IMG/VR virus record: IMGVR_UViG_3300042505_001397
Source: an uncultured virus (IMG/VR IMGVR_UViG_3300042505_001397)
Taxonomy: Duplodnaviria > Heunggongvirae > Uroviricota > Caudoviricetes
DNA length: 64,000 nucleotides
Reading direction: 5' to 3' (one strand)
Both the position numbers and the translations under genes were made by a program. The notes under the pieces were generated by a model. The model was not told where the DNA came from, did no database searches, and worked only from the letters and a program-made list of their open reading frames with translations. Shown in pieces: positions 1-7,829 of this stretch (position 1 is the first letter of the stretch; each line of letters starts with the position of its first letter).

Positions 1-50
1 TATTTTTTTTTTGTTTTTAAAACAAAGTGTTTTTTGGATTTTTAAAAACC

Positions 51-95
<45 letters not shown>

Positions 96-102
96 TTAAG
101 GG

Positions 103-122
103 AGGGGCCCCTAAGGGCCCCT
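103..122. terminator. GC-rich hairpin, probable intrinsic terminator
   Basis: AGGGGCCC-CTAA-GGGCCCCT perfect 8-bp stem at the end of the last minus-strand ORF; T-runs follow on both strands. Confidence 0.55.
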
Positions 123-308
123 TTTAATTAAATTAAAACCTAACATACTTAGCAGTATTGACCACCATAAAACTCTCAATCTATCCACGGCAATTGCCGT
201 GAGATTTAAAGCTGTGCCTGGTAATGTAACTATTAAGAATAACAAGCTTAACAATATACCAAAAATAACAATAGTTTGAAGCAAGCTATCTCCTATTGCT
301 TTTAGCAT
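111..308 (-). CDS. small membrane protein, hypothetical
   Basis: 65 aa with two hydrophobic segments; overlaps the stop of the upstream ORF. Confidence 0.55.
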   Translation of the reverse strand: MLKAIGDSLLQTIVIFGILLSLLFLIVTLPGTALNLTAIAVDRLRVLWWSILLSMLGFNLIKRGP

Positions 309-616
309 GCTCTTACCTCAGACAGTTCTTCGAATGAAAAGAAGTGAACTCCTTGGTTTGCTGTTATTAAGGTGAATACAGCATTGTCAGCTTCTTCAGT
401 TACGAATAGTTCTAATGCGTCTCCTTTTCTAGCAATGATAAATCCATCATGATCCAATTTATCCGCCTTAAGAGTTGCAAGACAGCGTGTTGTAACAGTG
501 TTTTTGCTTTTCTTTCTTTTTAATTTATTTTTAAGCTCTACACAAATATCAAAAAAGAATTTGAATATTACTGTCCAAAAGATGAAAGAAAGTATGTATC
601 TGATTGCTGCGTCCAT
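302..616 (-). CDS. hypothetical protein with N-terminal TM helix
   Basis: 104 aa; hydrophobic N-terminus followed by a basic patch; tight gene packing. Confidence 0.6.
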   Translation of the reverse strand: MDAAIRYILSFIFWTVIFKFFFDICVELKNKLKRKKSKNTVTTRCLATLKADKLDHDGFIIARKGDALELFVTEEADNAVFTLITANQGVHFFSFEELSEVRAC

Positions 617-617
617 T

Positions 618-953
618 TTATTCTCCTAAAATTAAAGATGAAGGTATTGCGGTTTTAAACTCTACTTGTTCTTTATAGACCATTTCAATCAAAACGTCCA
701 TATCGATTTTTGTTTCTTCTAACTCCAAACTATTCAGAAGATACTTTCTTTCAAAGCACAAATAAATAAAATCCACGTGATTTTCAGCGGGAGCTAAATA
801 ATCATTTGGAACCTTTGTTGTCAATAAAGGTGTTGCCAGCTTTGGAGCCTTAAACGCCCATTTCCGAAGCAGGGTAGATTTATCTAAAAATAACTCTTTT
901 CTTGCTTCATTTGGTACTGCCACCAAATAATATTGTGTTCTAATTGAATACAT
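618..953 (-). CDS. hypothetical protein
   Basis: 111-aa ORF, GAGGG upstream, abuts next gene. Confidence 0.6.
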   Translation of the reverse strand: MYSIRTQYYLVAVPNEARKELFLDKSTLLRKWAFKAPKLATPLLTTKVPNDYLAPAENHVDFIYLCFERKYLLNSLELEETKIDMDVLIEMVYKEQVEFKTAIPSSLILGE

Positions 954-1090
954 TTTTCAACCCTCTTAGTTTCTTGCTGAAATAATACTTCGAAATAAAT
1001 TTTAAAAGACGTCTCTCGATATTACTACCTGAAACAACTCTTTTTAAAACATATGCCATTACTGTTTTTACGATATAACTTTGCATAACC

Positions 1091-1300
1091 TTATCCCCAA
1101 ATTGTTTCGATTGTCAACATCACAATTGCAAACCACTGTATTGCAATGGTTATCCGTTGTGTTTTAATGATTTCCAAGGGCTTATTCTTTTCCTCCAATC
1201 TTTCTTCAACCATTCTTCGAAATGCATTATCACGCATTTCTTTTTCTTTCGCAAGTCTTTTTTCTTGAAAGCTTTTTACATTGTTCATTACTGCGCTCAT
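1091..1300 (-). CDS. hypothetical protein with C-terminal TM helix
   Basis: 69 aa, AGGAG RBS, charged helix then hydrophobic tail. Confidence 0.6.
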   Translation of the reverse strand: MSAVMNNVKSFQEKRLAKEKEMRDNAFRRMVEERLEEKNKPLEIIKTQRITIAIQWFAIVMLTIETIWG

Positions 1301-1309
1301 AATATACTC

Positions 1310-1468
1310 CTACACAAACAATTCAATTTCAACAACACGAACGCTGTCAAATGTCCAGCCCATTTTTCCCAAGATTTCTGACTGCATTGTCTCCTCCTGT
1401 TCATCCATCCCAAGCACTTCCATGGTTTGGCCGTTTTGACTTTTGTAAATGTGATAATACTGTTTCAT
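1310..1468 (-). CDS. small hypothetical protein (52 aa, not in ORF track)
   Basis: MKQYYHIYKSQNGQ...ELFV*, GAGG RBS upstream, fills the gap between genes. Confidence 0.5.
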   Translation of the reverse strand: MKQYYHIYKSQNGQTMEVLGMDEQEETMQSEILGKMGWTFDSVRVVEIELFV

Positions 1469-1498
1469 TTTATTTTCCTCTAAAAATTATAGTTATTT

Positions 1499-1525
1499 GA
1501 GCAGTTTTGAAACATGCTCAGGTCT
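1499..1525 (-). ncRNA. candidate H-type pseudoknot RNA motif, copy 1
   Basis: AGAC-CTGAGCAT-GTTT-CAAAAC-TGCTC; loop GAGCA pairs with downstream TGCTC; second copy at 51901. Confidence 0.45.
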
Positions 1526-1635
1526 GTTATCAACTTTGTGGCCAATTGTTTGGATACACAGTCCACCCTCTTTTGTGCATCTCTGTTGCGACAAAAGCGG
1601 AGTTAGTGTACGTGACCAAATTGGCCTTTCTCAAT

Positions 1636-1893
1636 CTATACTTGCTCATTTGCTTTACCTCTAAATCTTGCCAATTTTGCCATCTCTCTGTTATACTTTT
1701 CAGTCAATCTCTTCTCCTCACGAGCAATTGACTCAAGATTACGCTGTCTTGCCAAAACCAGTAACTCCTCTTTATTGCTGGATGTTTCAGCGCAAAAGCT
1801 ATTAGTTTGAAGGTAGTACGGATGATCAAAACCTTGGCGGTAACCATCATCACATAGTTCATAAAAACAATCTTCCAAGTCATCGTCTATCAT
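1636..1893 (-). CDS. hypothetical protein
   Basis: 85 aa, ATGA-type overlap with the upstream gene. Confidence 0.6.
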   Translation of the reverse strand: MIDDDLEDCFYELCDDGYRQGFDHPYYLQTNSFCAETSSNKEELLVLARQRNLESIAREEKRLTEKYNREMAKLARFRGKANEQV

Positions 1894-2126
1894 TTCAAAA
1901 GCCCTCCTTTAATTGTCATTGCAGGTTTATGGTATTGAATATTCCCAAACTTATCCGCTTGGTATGTCTTACCGTGTTTCAGCACGAGGTGTGGTTTGTT
2001 GTATTCCACATTACCAAACTTATCTGTCTGGTAAAGTTTCATTGTTGGTTGTTGTGCCTTGGCCTCCGGATTGAAAGCCACTATCGCGGAAATAACGGTT
2101 AAAGTTATTAAGATTTTTTTGAACAT
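1890..2126 (-). CDS. small secreted/periplasmic protein with internal repeat
   Basis: signal-peptide-like N-terminus ending AKA; YQTDKFGNVEYNKP and YQADKFGNIQYHKP repeat; AGGAG RBS. Confidence 0.7.
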   Translation of the reverse strand: MFKKILITLTVISAIVAFNPEAKAQQPTMKLYQTDKFGNVEYNKPHLVLKHGKTYQADKFGNIQYHKPAMTIKGGLLK

Positions 2127-2160
2127 TTTATTTCTCCTTTGATACTATCACATAAGATAC

Positions 2161-2325
2161 TCATTTTTCCGTATCTTCTTCGTACTTGTATATGACGTTT
2201 TTACCATCAGTTCTTTCATCATCTGTGCATTTCATGATCCTGCACATCATTGGTTGGTTCAGAAATAAACAACCGTCACAGCCAAGTTGATCAGTCTCAA
2301 CTTCTACTATTTCTTTTTCACACAT
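2161..2325 (-). CDS. small 4-Cys (putative Zn-binding) protein (54 aa, not in ORF track)
   Basis: MCEKE...GCDGCLFLNQPMMCRIMKCTDDERTDGKNVIYK; GGAG RBS. Confidence 0.6.
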   Translation of the reverse strand: MCEKEIVEVETDQLGCDGCLFLNQPMMCRIMKCTDDERTDGKNVIYKYEEDTEK

Positions 2326-2587
2326 TTTCAATCTCCATCAAAGACTCTTTCCAGTCACCTTCGAAGGTGGCAATGCCCAAATAATTGACATCAGCTTCAC
2401 TGCAACCGCCACACCAATACTTGACACCTGACCGAGGCTTAAATGAATAAGAGTAAGCATAAATATAACCATCTGCATCAGTCGCAAGATAGCGACTTTC
2501 AGCTGGTACTTGTAAAACCATCCCAAAGTAATTAACGGTTTTAAAGACTTGTTGATCGGCATCAAAATCGATTATCTTAAAAGTCAT
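2318..2587 (-). CDS. hypothetical phage protein
   Basis: 89 aa with YLATDADG-x-IYAY...W...DWKESL pattern typical of small phage proteins. Confidence 0.65.
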   Translation of the reverse strand: MTFKIIDFDADQQVFKTVNYFGMVLQVPAESRYLATDADGYIYAYSYSFKPRSGVKYWCGGCSEADVNYLGIATFEGDWKESLMEIENV

Positions 2588-2989
2588 TTATTTCTCCCTT
2601 GTGAAACTTAATAAAGCGGCCCTGTGTTCCAGCATAGCCTCTTTTGTCAAATGTATTAACCCATTCGACAAAAGCCGAAAGTCTACCGAACTACCGTTCC
2701 AAGTATATGAGAATACTTGCTCAGGCATTCGGTATGTATCAACAAACCAGTATTTCTCTCCAATTGACAAAGGTTTTTTAACAGGCACAGGTACATCATG
2801 TCCATTTATCTGGATGTACTCAGGTTTTAATTTCCAACAATTACTGTACCATGGCCCGTTGTAAAGACTTATATCACCGTCTACATCCTTGAAGTGTAAC
2901 ATATCGTCTTTCAGACTCAATTCCCCACCATTACCCAAGATAAATACACGTCCTACCAATAAAGCTTCCATCACCTCTTTTTGATTCAT
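2588..2989 (-). CDS. hypothetical phage protein
   Basis: start reassigned to MNQKEV with AGGAG RBS; C-terminal GLIHLTKE-A motif. Confidence 0.65.
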   Translation of the reverse strand: MNQKEVMEALLVGRVFILGNGGELSLKDDMLHFKDVDGDISLYNGPWYSNCWKLKPEYIQINGHDVPVPVKKPLSIGEKYWFVDTYRMPEQVFSYTWNGSSVDFRLLSNGLIHLTKEAMLEHRAALLSFTREK

Positions 2990-3024
2990 TTTAATTCTCC
3001 TTTTGCAAAATAAAAGGCTACCAT

Positions 3025-3447
3025 TTAGGTAGCCGTATAGAACTTGTGGTGCTTGTAAACACCCAAATACACCAATTTCTTGGTCCACTTAGGTTTCACT
3101 TTTAAATTGTGAAAATGAGTTGCTGTCTTAAACTTGGGTGGTATTTTAAATTTACCCTTGTATAAGTCCATCACAGACACTTTCAAAATTTCATTTAGAT
3201 CTTTAGGTATCTTAGTAGATACATTATAAGCAAACTGTTCAGGTTTACTCACAACTTTGCAGATCGTTTTCTCTTCGTGAGATCTATTAATTACCACGTT
3301 CGCTATTAACATCATTCCCAAAAGATCTTCTCCTTTTGCTTCATTAAATGATGTTGTTGTCAAACATAATAAATCCCTCTTATTAATGTTAGCTTTTGTT
3401 GAAAAACTTATCAACAATAGACTGACCAATAACAATACTCTTATCAT
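3025..3447 (-). CDS. cell wall hydrolase, SleB/Hydrolase_2 family
   Basis: signal/TM N-terminus; CL..FNEAKGE, VVINR, ICKVV..QF, ATHFH, HKFY motifs. Confidence 0.85.
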   Translation of the reverse strand: MIRVLLLVSLLLISFSTKANINKRDLLCLTTTSFNEAKGEDLLGMMLIANVVINRSHEEKTICKVVSKPEQFAYNVSTKIPKDLNEILKVSVMDLYKGKFKIPPKFKTATHFHNLKVKPKWTKKLVYLGVYKHHKFYTAT

Positions 3448-3605
3448 AGTTTGTCTCCTAAAGATATCTTTATCTGATATCATATAAGATACCCAATCTT
3501 GCGCATTGAGTATCCTTTAATTGGTTCTAAATTTCGTGATAAATAAAGAACCAACTAAAATAATTTTAATCTTTAGTCTCCTTCAGTGCACTGGAAGAAC
3601 ACTTA

Positions 3606-3621
3606 GGGTTAATTTAACGGG
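3606..3621 (-). promoter_or_regulatory. 16-bp repeated motif, candidate phage RNAP promoter (copy 1)
   Basis: CCCGTTAAATTAACCC, identical in 4 places at gene-block boundaries, always the same orientation. Confidence 0.7.
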
Positions 3622-3767
3622 CTTGATATAATAAATGGGTGTACAAATAATTATGGTGTAAATTTCAATGAGAGTGCAAATTCAGGGGCTCGTAGGTGCG
3701 TCGCCCCGGTACCCCATGACCATCGCATTGGCACACCTCACTCGTCTCATGTACACATGCTCTCGAC

Positions 3768-4214
3768 TCAAAAATCCACCAATTTTGTGACCATGTAACC
3801 ACGTCGATCCCAACCAGCTCTCTCCAGAATTTTGGCGAACACATACTTTTCATCCATGTGTGAGCCTGTTGAAATCACTCTTTTAATACCCATGGCCTTT
3901 GCAATGGGGAACATCTCATTGTGAAGCGACACAATCGCTCTTGCTGACTTGAAGCCCTTCAGTATAGATGCGTAGTATATCTGTTGAAGCACAAGTTCTG
4001 TATACTGAGGCATCTTAATTTTTCGCATCAGTAACCATGCAACTATTTCCCCATCTTCTTCAAGTATTTTCAATTTGGCGCCTGTGCCAAGATAGTCTTT
4101 CATACAAGTCAATGCATATTTCCTGTCTGAAGGTATGAAAGTCTCGTCGTTCAGACTTAAATAAAGATCCACACATTTTTCCATCTCTTTACTGGTTTGT
4201 ATATCTCTGATCAT
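3768..4214 (-). CDS. GNAT-like acetyltransferase
   Basis: MIRDI...ILEEDGEIVAW...AKAMGIKRV...LERAGW GNAT-like pattern. Confidence 0.55.
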   Translation of the reverse strand: MIRDIQTSKEMEKCVDLYLSLNDETFIPSDRKYALTCMKDYLGTGAKLKILEEDGEIVAWLLMRKIKMPQYTELVLQQIYYASILKGFKSARAIVSLHNEMFPIAKAMGIKRVISTGSHMDEKYVFAKILERAGWDRRGYMVTKLVDF

Positions 4215-4224
4215 GCTATTCTCC

Positions 4225-4255
4225 AAAATAAACCCTCACCATAAGATGAGGGTTT
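4225..4255 (-). terminator. intrinsic terminator after holin
   Basis: AAACCCTCA/TGAGGGTTT stem followed by a T-rich tract. Confidence 0.65.
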
Positions 4256-4258
4256 TTG

Positions 4259-4672
4259 TTACTTAGTTCTTTTTGTGTCCACTTGTTTCAATTTCTCAGC
4301 AGTTCGGTAAGCGCCTAACCCAAGTAATCCATACAGAATATTCTCTTGGGCAACTGTGTCAACAATTGGTAATGGAGGTAAATTGAAGCACAGAGCCAGC
4401 CAACTAAAAAATGAAACCAAAACGCCTGAATAGGCAAGTGTAAATACACCGACCCACATCGCAGCAGGTCTCGCACCAGCTACAAATATGCTTGGATGCT
4501 TGGCTTCTTCATTGTTGACCATTATTTGCTGTAGTTGTAACTGATAAGTATTATCAATTTCTCTTGCAGCTGCTTCGAGTTTTCCTTTTAACTCAGTGTC
4601 AGCATCTGGAAAAAACTTATCCAGACCCGTTTTTATCAAATCAAAACCGGCTGTGAAAGGGTCGAATGACAT
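4259..4672 (-). CDS. holin, 3TM (GTA-holin-like) family
   Basis: GARPAAMWV...TM...LYGLLGLGAYRTAEK signature. Confidence 0.75.
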   Translation of the reverse strand: MSFDPFTAGFDLIKTGLDKFFPDADTELKGKLEAAAREIDNTYQLQLQQIMVNNEEAKHPSIFVAGARPAAMWVGVFTLAYSGVLVSFFSWLALCFNLPPLPIVDTVAQENILYGLLGLGAYRTAEKLKQVDTKRTK

Positions 4673-4673
4673 A

Positions 4674-4937
4674 TTATTGCTCCGTTTGAGCTGCGTACAT
4701 CAATGTATCTTTTTCATCCGCTTTTGCCTTGCCGATTTTCTTACCTTCCTTAAAAGCCTTGTGCACAATGTTATTCAGTTGAATCTCAAAGTCGGCTTTT
4801 GCGGCCAATAATGCTTCTGCTTGAGATGTTGTGTCTGGATATACAGCAATTGCTGTGTCAACCAAGGTGTGGTACAACTTATCTGCAGCTTCTTCTTTTA
4901 CATACGCGGCATGTTTAATCTTAATTGGACTGGCCAT
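4674..4937 (-). CDS. hypothetical protein
   Basis: 87 aa, overlapping packing, AGGAG RBS. Confidence 0.65.
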   Translation of the reverse strand: MASPIKIKHAAYVKEEAADKLYHTLVDTAIAVYPDTTSQAEALLAAKADFEIQLNNIVHKAFKEGKKIGKAKADEKDTLMYAAQTEQ

Positions 4938-5298
4938 TAAAGCTCCTAAAATATTTCATGAAAGAATTAATCATGTCACGACCTTCTTTTGATTGTAAAA
5001 AGCCAGATGCGACACGATCAATTTTATCTACGTTTTTTGCGAGTAAGTCTTTATCATCTTGTGACAAACATTCACTGAGAGCTTGCATCAATGGAATCTC
5101 TCTCGGTTTAGAAAAGCCCCCCAATGAAGACAACTTCTTTTCAACCGCTTCATTGATCAAATCCTCAATACTTTTTTGAGGCACAATATTGCCTGTCGGT
5201 ATTGACTCAATTACTGGCGGTGTCAAAGGAGGGGCTATAGGTATATTTCTAATTCTATCCAATTCTCTTTGTAAATCTTCCACAGAAGGGCTTGACAT
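4921..5298 (-). CDS. hypothetical protein
   Basis: 125 aa, GGAG RBS, Pro-rich linker. Confidence 0.65.
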   Translation of the reverse strand: MSSPSVEDLQRELDRIRNIPIAPPLTPPVIESIPTGNIVPQKSIEDLINEAVEKKLSSLGGFSKPREIPLMQALSECLSQDDKDLLAKNVDKIDRVASGFLQSKEGRDMINSFMKYFRSFNGQSN

Positions 5299-5309
5299 AT
5301 TATCTCCGA

Positions 5310-5432
5310 TTAATCTTCTTTGTTTTCGTCTTCATTGCCATTTTCTTCCTGCTCTTCTTTTTCTTTTTCAGAGCAAGATGCATTGGCATCTTCATTATAA
5401 ATGACTACAGTGTCAGCATGGATGCAAATCAT
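5310..5432 (-). CDS. small acidic peptide (40 aa, not in ORF track)
   Basis: MICIHADTVVIYNEDANASCSEKEKEEQEENGNEDENKED*, GAGGA upstream. Confidence 0.45.
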   Translation of the reverse strand: MICIHADTVVIYNEDANASCSEKEKEEQEENGNEDENKED

Positions 5433-5444
5433 CAGATCATCCTC

Positions 5445-6206
5445 TCATGCAGCGACACGCGTATTTGCGGCATTTTGGCTGTTGCCAGAAACTGTGCCTG
5501 AACCTATGTTCAATACGCCCTGAGTCACACGTTGATCAGCTGACAACTGGTGCACCAAACCGATCAAACCATTGATTTGTTGCTGTTGTTGTTGCTGAGT
5601 TTGCATTTGGTTCACGGTGGTGGTGACTTCAACATTACCTGAACGAATTGCGCCAAACAACTCATTTTGACGGTTGTTTGCTTGCGCTACACCCAATTGA
5701 CGTTCCAAATCTAACTCTCTTGCGGACGGAATGCGATCGGCCAATGCTGCGATTGCGGCTCTGGTTTTGTCACCGTCATTCATCAAAGCAGTTGTGCTTG
5801 CATTTAACTGTTGCATCAAAGTGATGGTATTTTGAGTTGCACTGTCTTTTGCCATGGTGACAGTGTTTGTCAAAGCAGCGGCCACACCGGATAATTGATT
5901 AGATAGCTGACCAGTTTGTGCAGCATTATTTGCAACCATTGCTTCTGCGGCAACTGCCACAGCTTGTTTTACGTCACCGATGCCTGACATAATTGACATA
6001 TTTGCTTGTGGTTGAGAAGCCACTGCAGCACCGTCAGCATTGTTACCGAAGAGACCTCCACGGCTTAAAGCCAAGCCTAAAACCAAGCCCAAAGGCATTC
6101 CTGCCGAGTCGTTTCCAAACAAATTTGACATAGTACCACCTTGTAATGCTGAGTTAAGTAATTGATTAAGGTCCATTCCTGAACCGCTTGTTGCATCAAC
6201 AGCCAT
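5445..6206 (-). CDS. Ala/Gln/Asn-rich low-complexity protein
   Basis: 253 aa; Gly-rich hydrophobic segment, coiled-coil-like middle, poly-Q; GGAGG RBS. Confidence 0.75.
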   Translation of the reverse strand: MAVDATSGSGMDLNQLLNSALQGGTMSNLFGNDSAGMPLGLVLGLALSRGGLFGNNADGAAVASQPQANMSIMSGIGDVKQAVAVAAEAMVANNAAQTGQLSNQLSGVAAALTNTVTMAKDSATQNTITLMQQLNASTTALMNDGDKTRAAIAALADRIPSARELDLERQLGVAQANNRQNELFGAIRSGNVEVTTTVNQMQTQQQQQQQINGLIGLVHQLSADQRVTQGVLNIGSGTVSGNSQNAANTRVAA

Positions 6207-6254
6207 AAAACCTCCAGACCATTGTAGTTTGCCCAGTTAACGCTGGGCGTCGTT

Positions 6255-6776
6255 TTAGGCAATGTCGCCTAATTCTTTTTCAAAATTCTTCACCACAAGA
6301 TCCATTTCAGATTCCAATGATAAGGTCTCAAGTTGTGCTTTTGCCAAATTAGCTTTTGCTCTTATATCACCTATCCAAACTCGCATATCTGTGACTTCAG
6401 GAGAGTCTTGGCCGAAGTCATAAGGAGCGTTCAACTGATAATGGTAAGGGTATTTTGATAATATCTTATCATTGGCAAATGCATTTATTTTTTGCTTATT
6501 ATCATTTGCAATTAATTGCAAATAGTTTACAGGGAATATAAACTTTAATCCTAGCGGATCCCACTCTTGGTAATCGCTTATTTTTGCAGCATGAAGCCCA
6601 AACTGTGCACCATCCCAATGCCACGTATTAAAAAGCAATGTTGTATCTTCAGGAGCATCTGCTATTTTTAATAAATAATTCCCTTGTATCTCTCCATCAG
6701 TTACTTGCATTAGCGATTGGTCACCTATATAAGCAACTAAGTTTGTGTTCATATCTATATAAATTATTCTTTTCAT
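6255..6776 (-). CDS. tail fibre assembly/chaperone-like protein
   Basis: position after the tail-tip genes; ILSKYPY.YQLN...MRVWI.DIR C-terminus. Confidence 0.5.
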   Translation of the reverse strand: MKRIIYIDMNTNLVAYIGDQSLMQVTDGEIQGNYLLKIADAPEDTTLLFNTWHWDGAQFGLHAAKISDYQEWDPLGLKFIFPVNYLQLIANDNKQKINAFANDKILSKYPYHYQLNAPYDFGQDSPEVTDMRVWIGDIRAKANLAKAQLETLSLESEMDLVVKNFEKELGDIA

Positions 6777-7453
6777 TAAGCCTCTATTATTGTTAGTCTT
6801 CTTGGTCTTAAATAAGACGGACCTTGAACCCATCCATAGTCAGGATGAGTATAATTAGTTTCAGGAAATGTCCAGGAAAAACCCATAAGTCTAAAAGTCA
6901 TGATACTACCATCAAAATTAGAGCTAAAATAATCATAGCCACTATTACCATAATAACCTGATGAATACTGAGATTCCATACAAAAAATACTTATATATTT
7001 TCTTGCGTTATACTTAGAAGCTGGTAATGGTAGAGTTGAACCACTAGAAGTCGTTGATACATTCCCTGAATATATTACACGAGCTAAATCCATTTTACTT
7101 GTATAACAAATATCGGAATTAGCGGAATTAATAATTTTTATACCAAAGTCATTCGAATCATAATTGTATTCTGTGGTTGTTCTTATCAGATAAAATGGGT
7201 TACCATCTGTTGTTTTTAATGTAAGAGAATCTCCTGCAGAGCTCCATATCGCTGTACCTGATTCACCGACATATGGATATATGGAAGCACCTAATGTTTT
7301 CGCGCACACATACCAATCACCTCTTTGATAAAGATTTATAAAAGAAAGAGTGGTTCCACTAGGACATTCTAATCTTTCTTTTATACGCATACAAGTATTA
7401 TTTGCTGATAATAATTCAAAACCATTATAATTCTTAAATAAACATCCATACAT
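6776..7453 (-). CDS. tail-tip associated protein
   Basis: two MYG/FG-[LI]-x-I-x-N modules typical of genes downstream of the central tail fibre. Confidence 0.55.
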   Translation of the reverse strand: MYGCLFKNYNGFELLSANNTCMRIKERLECPSGTTLSFINLYQRGDWYVCAKTLGASIYPYVGESGTAIWSSAGDSLTLKTTDGNPFYLIRTTTEYNYDSNDFGIKIINSANSDICYTSKMDLARVIYSGNVSTTSSGSTLPLPASKYNARKYISIFCMESQYSSGYYGNSGYDYFSSNFDGSIMTFRLMGFSWTFPETNYTHPDYGWVQGPSYLRPRRLTIIEA

Positions 7454-7454
7454 A

Positions 7455-7829
7455 TTAATACCTAAACAGATCTATTGTAAAAGAGTAACTAGTGGATTGT
7501 GTGCAAATTGACCATTCAATTCCACCTGATATAATATTAGTAAAAAAATGATGCCCTGTGAGCTCTGTGGAGGGTGTGTATACTCTTATTGCAAGCGCCC
7601 ACTCATTTAAATTATCAGAAGTTATCTTCTGATAAGGTATCACAGAGTGATAGCCCCACCATGTTATCCAACCACCTGCGGGACCTACACTAGTCTTAGT
7701 CACTCGTGTATAGCTATTAGGAATATTGGACTCACCTCCAGTAAATGTTGTTTCAAATTTAGGCAATCGATCTGAAGAATCAAAAGAAATATCACCGTTA
7801 GCTTTGTAAATCCGTAAACCAACACTCAT
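7455..7829 (-). CDS. tail-tip associated protein
   Basis: MSVGLRIYKANGDISFDS N-terminus, directly after the central fibre gene. Confidence 0.55.
   Translation of the reverse strand: MSVGLRIYKANGDISFDSSDRLPKFETTFTGGESNIPNSYTRVTKTSVGPAGGWITWWGYHSVIPYQKITSDNLNEWALAIRVYTPSTELTGHHFFTNIISGGIEWSICTQSTSYSFTIDLFRY

Noticed and set aside
3665..3853. 62-aa minus-strand ORF
   Set aside because: Overlaps the GNAT-like gene out of frame and runs into a structured GC-rich region
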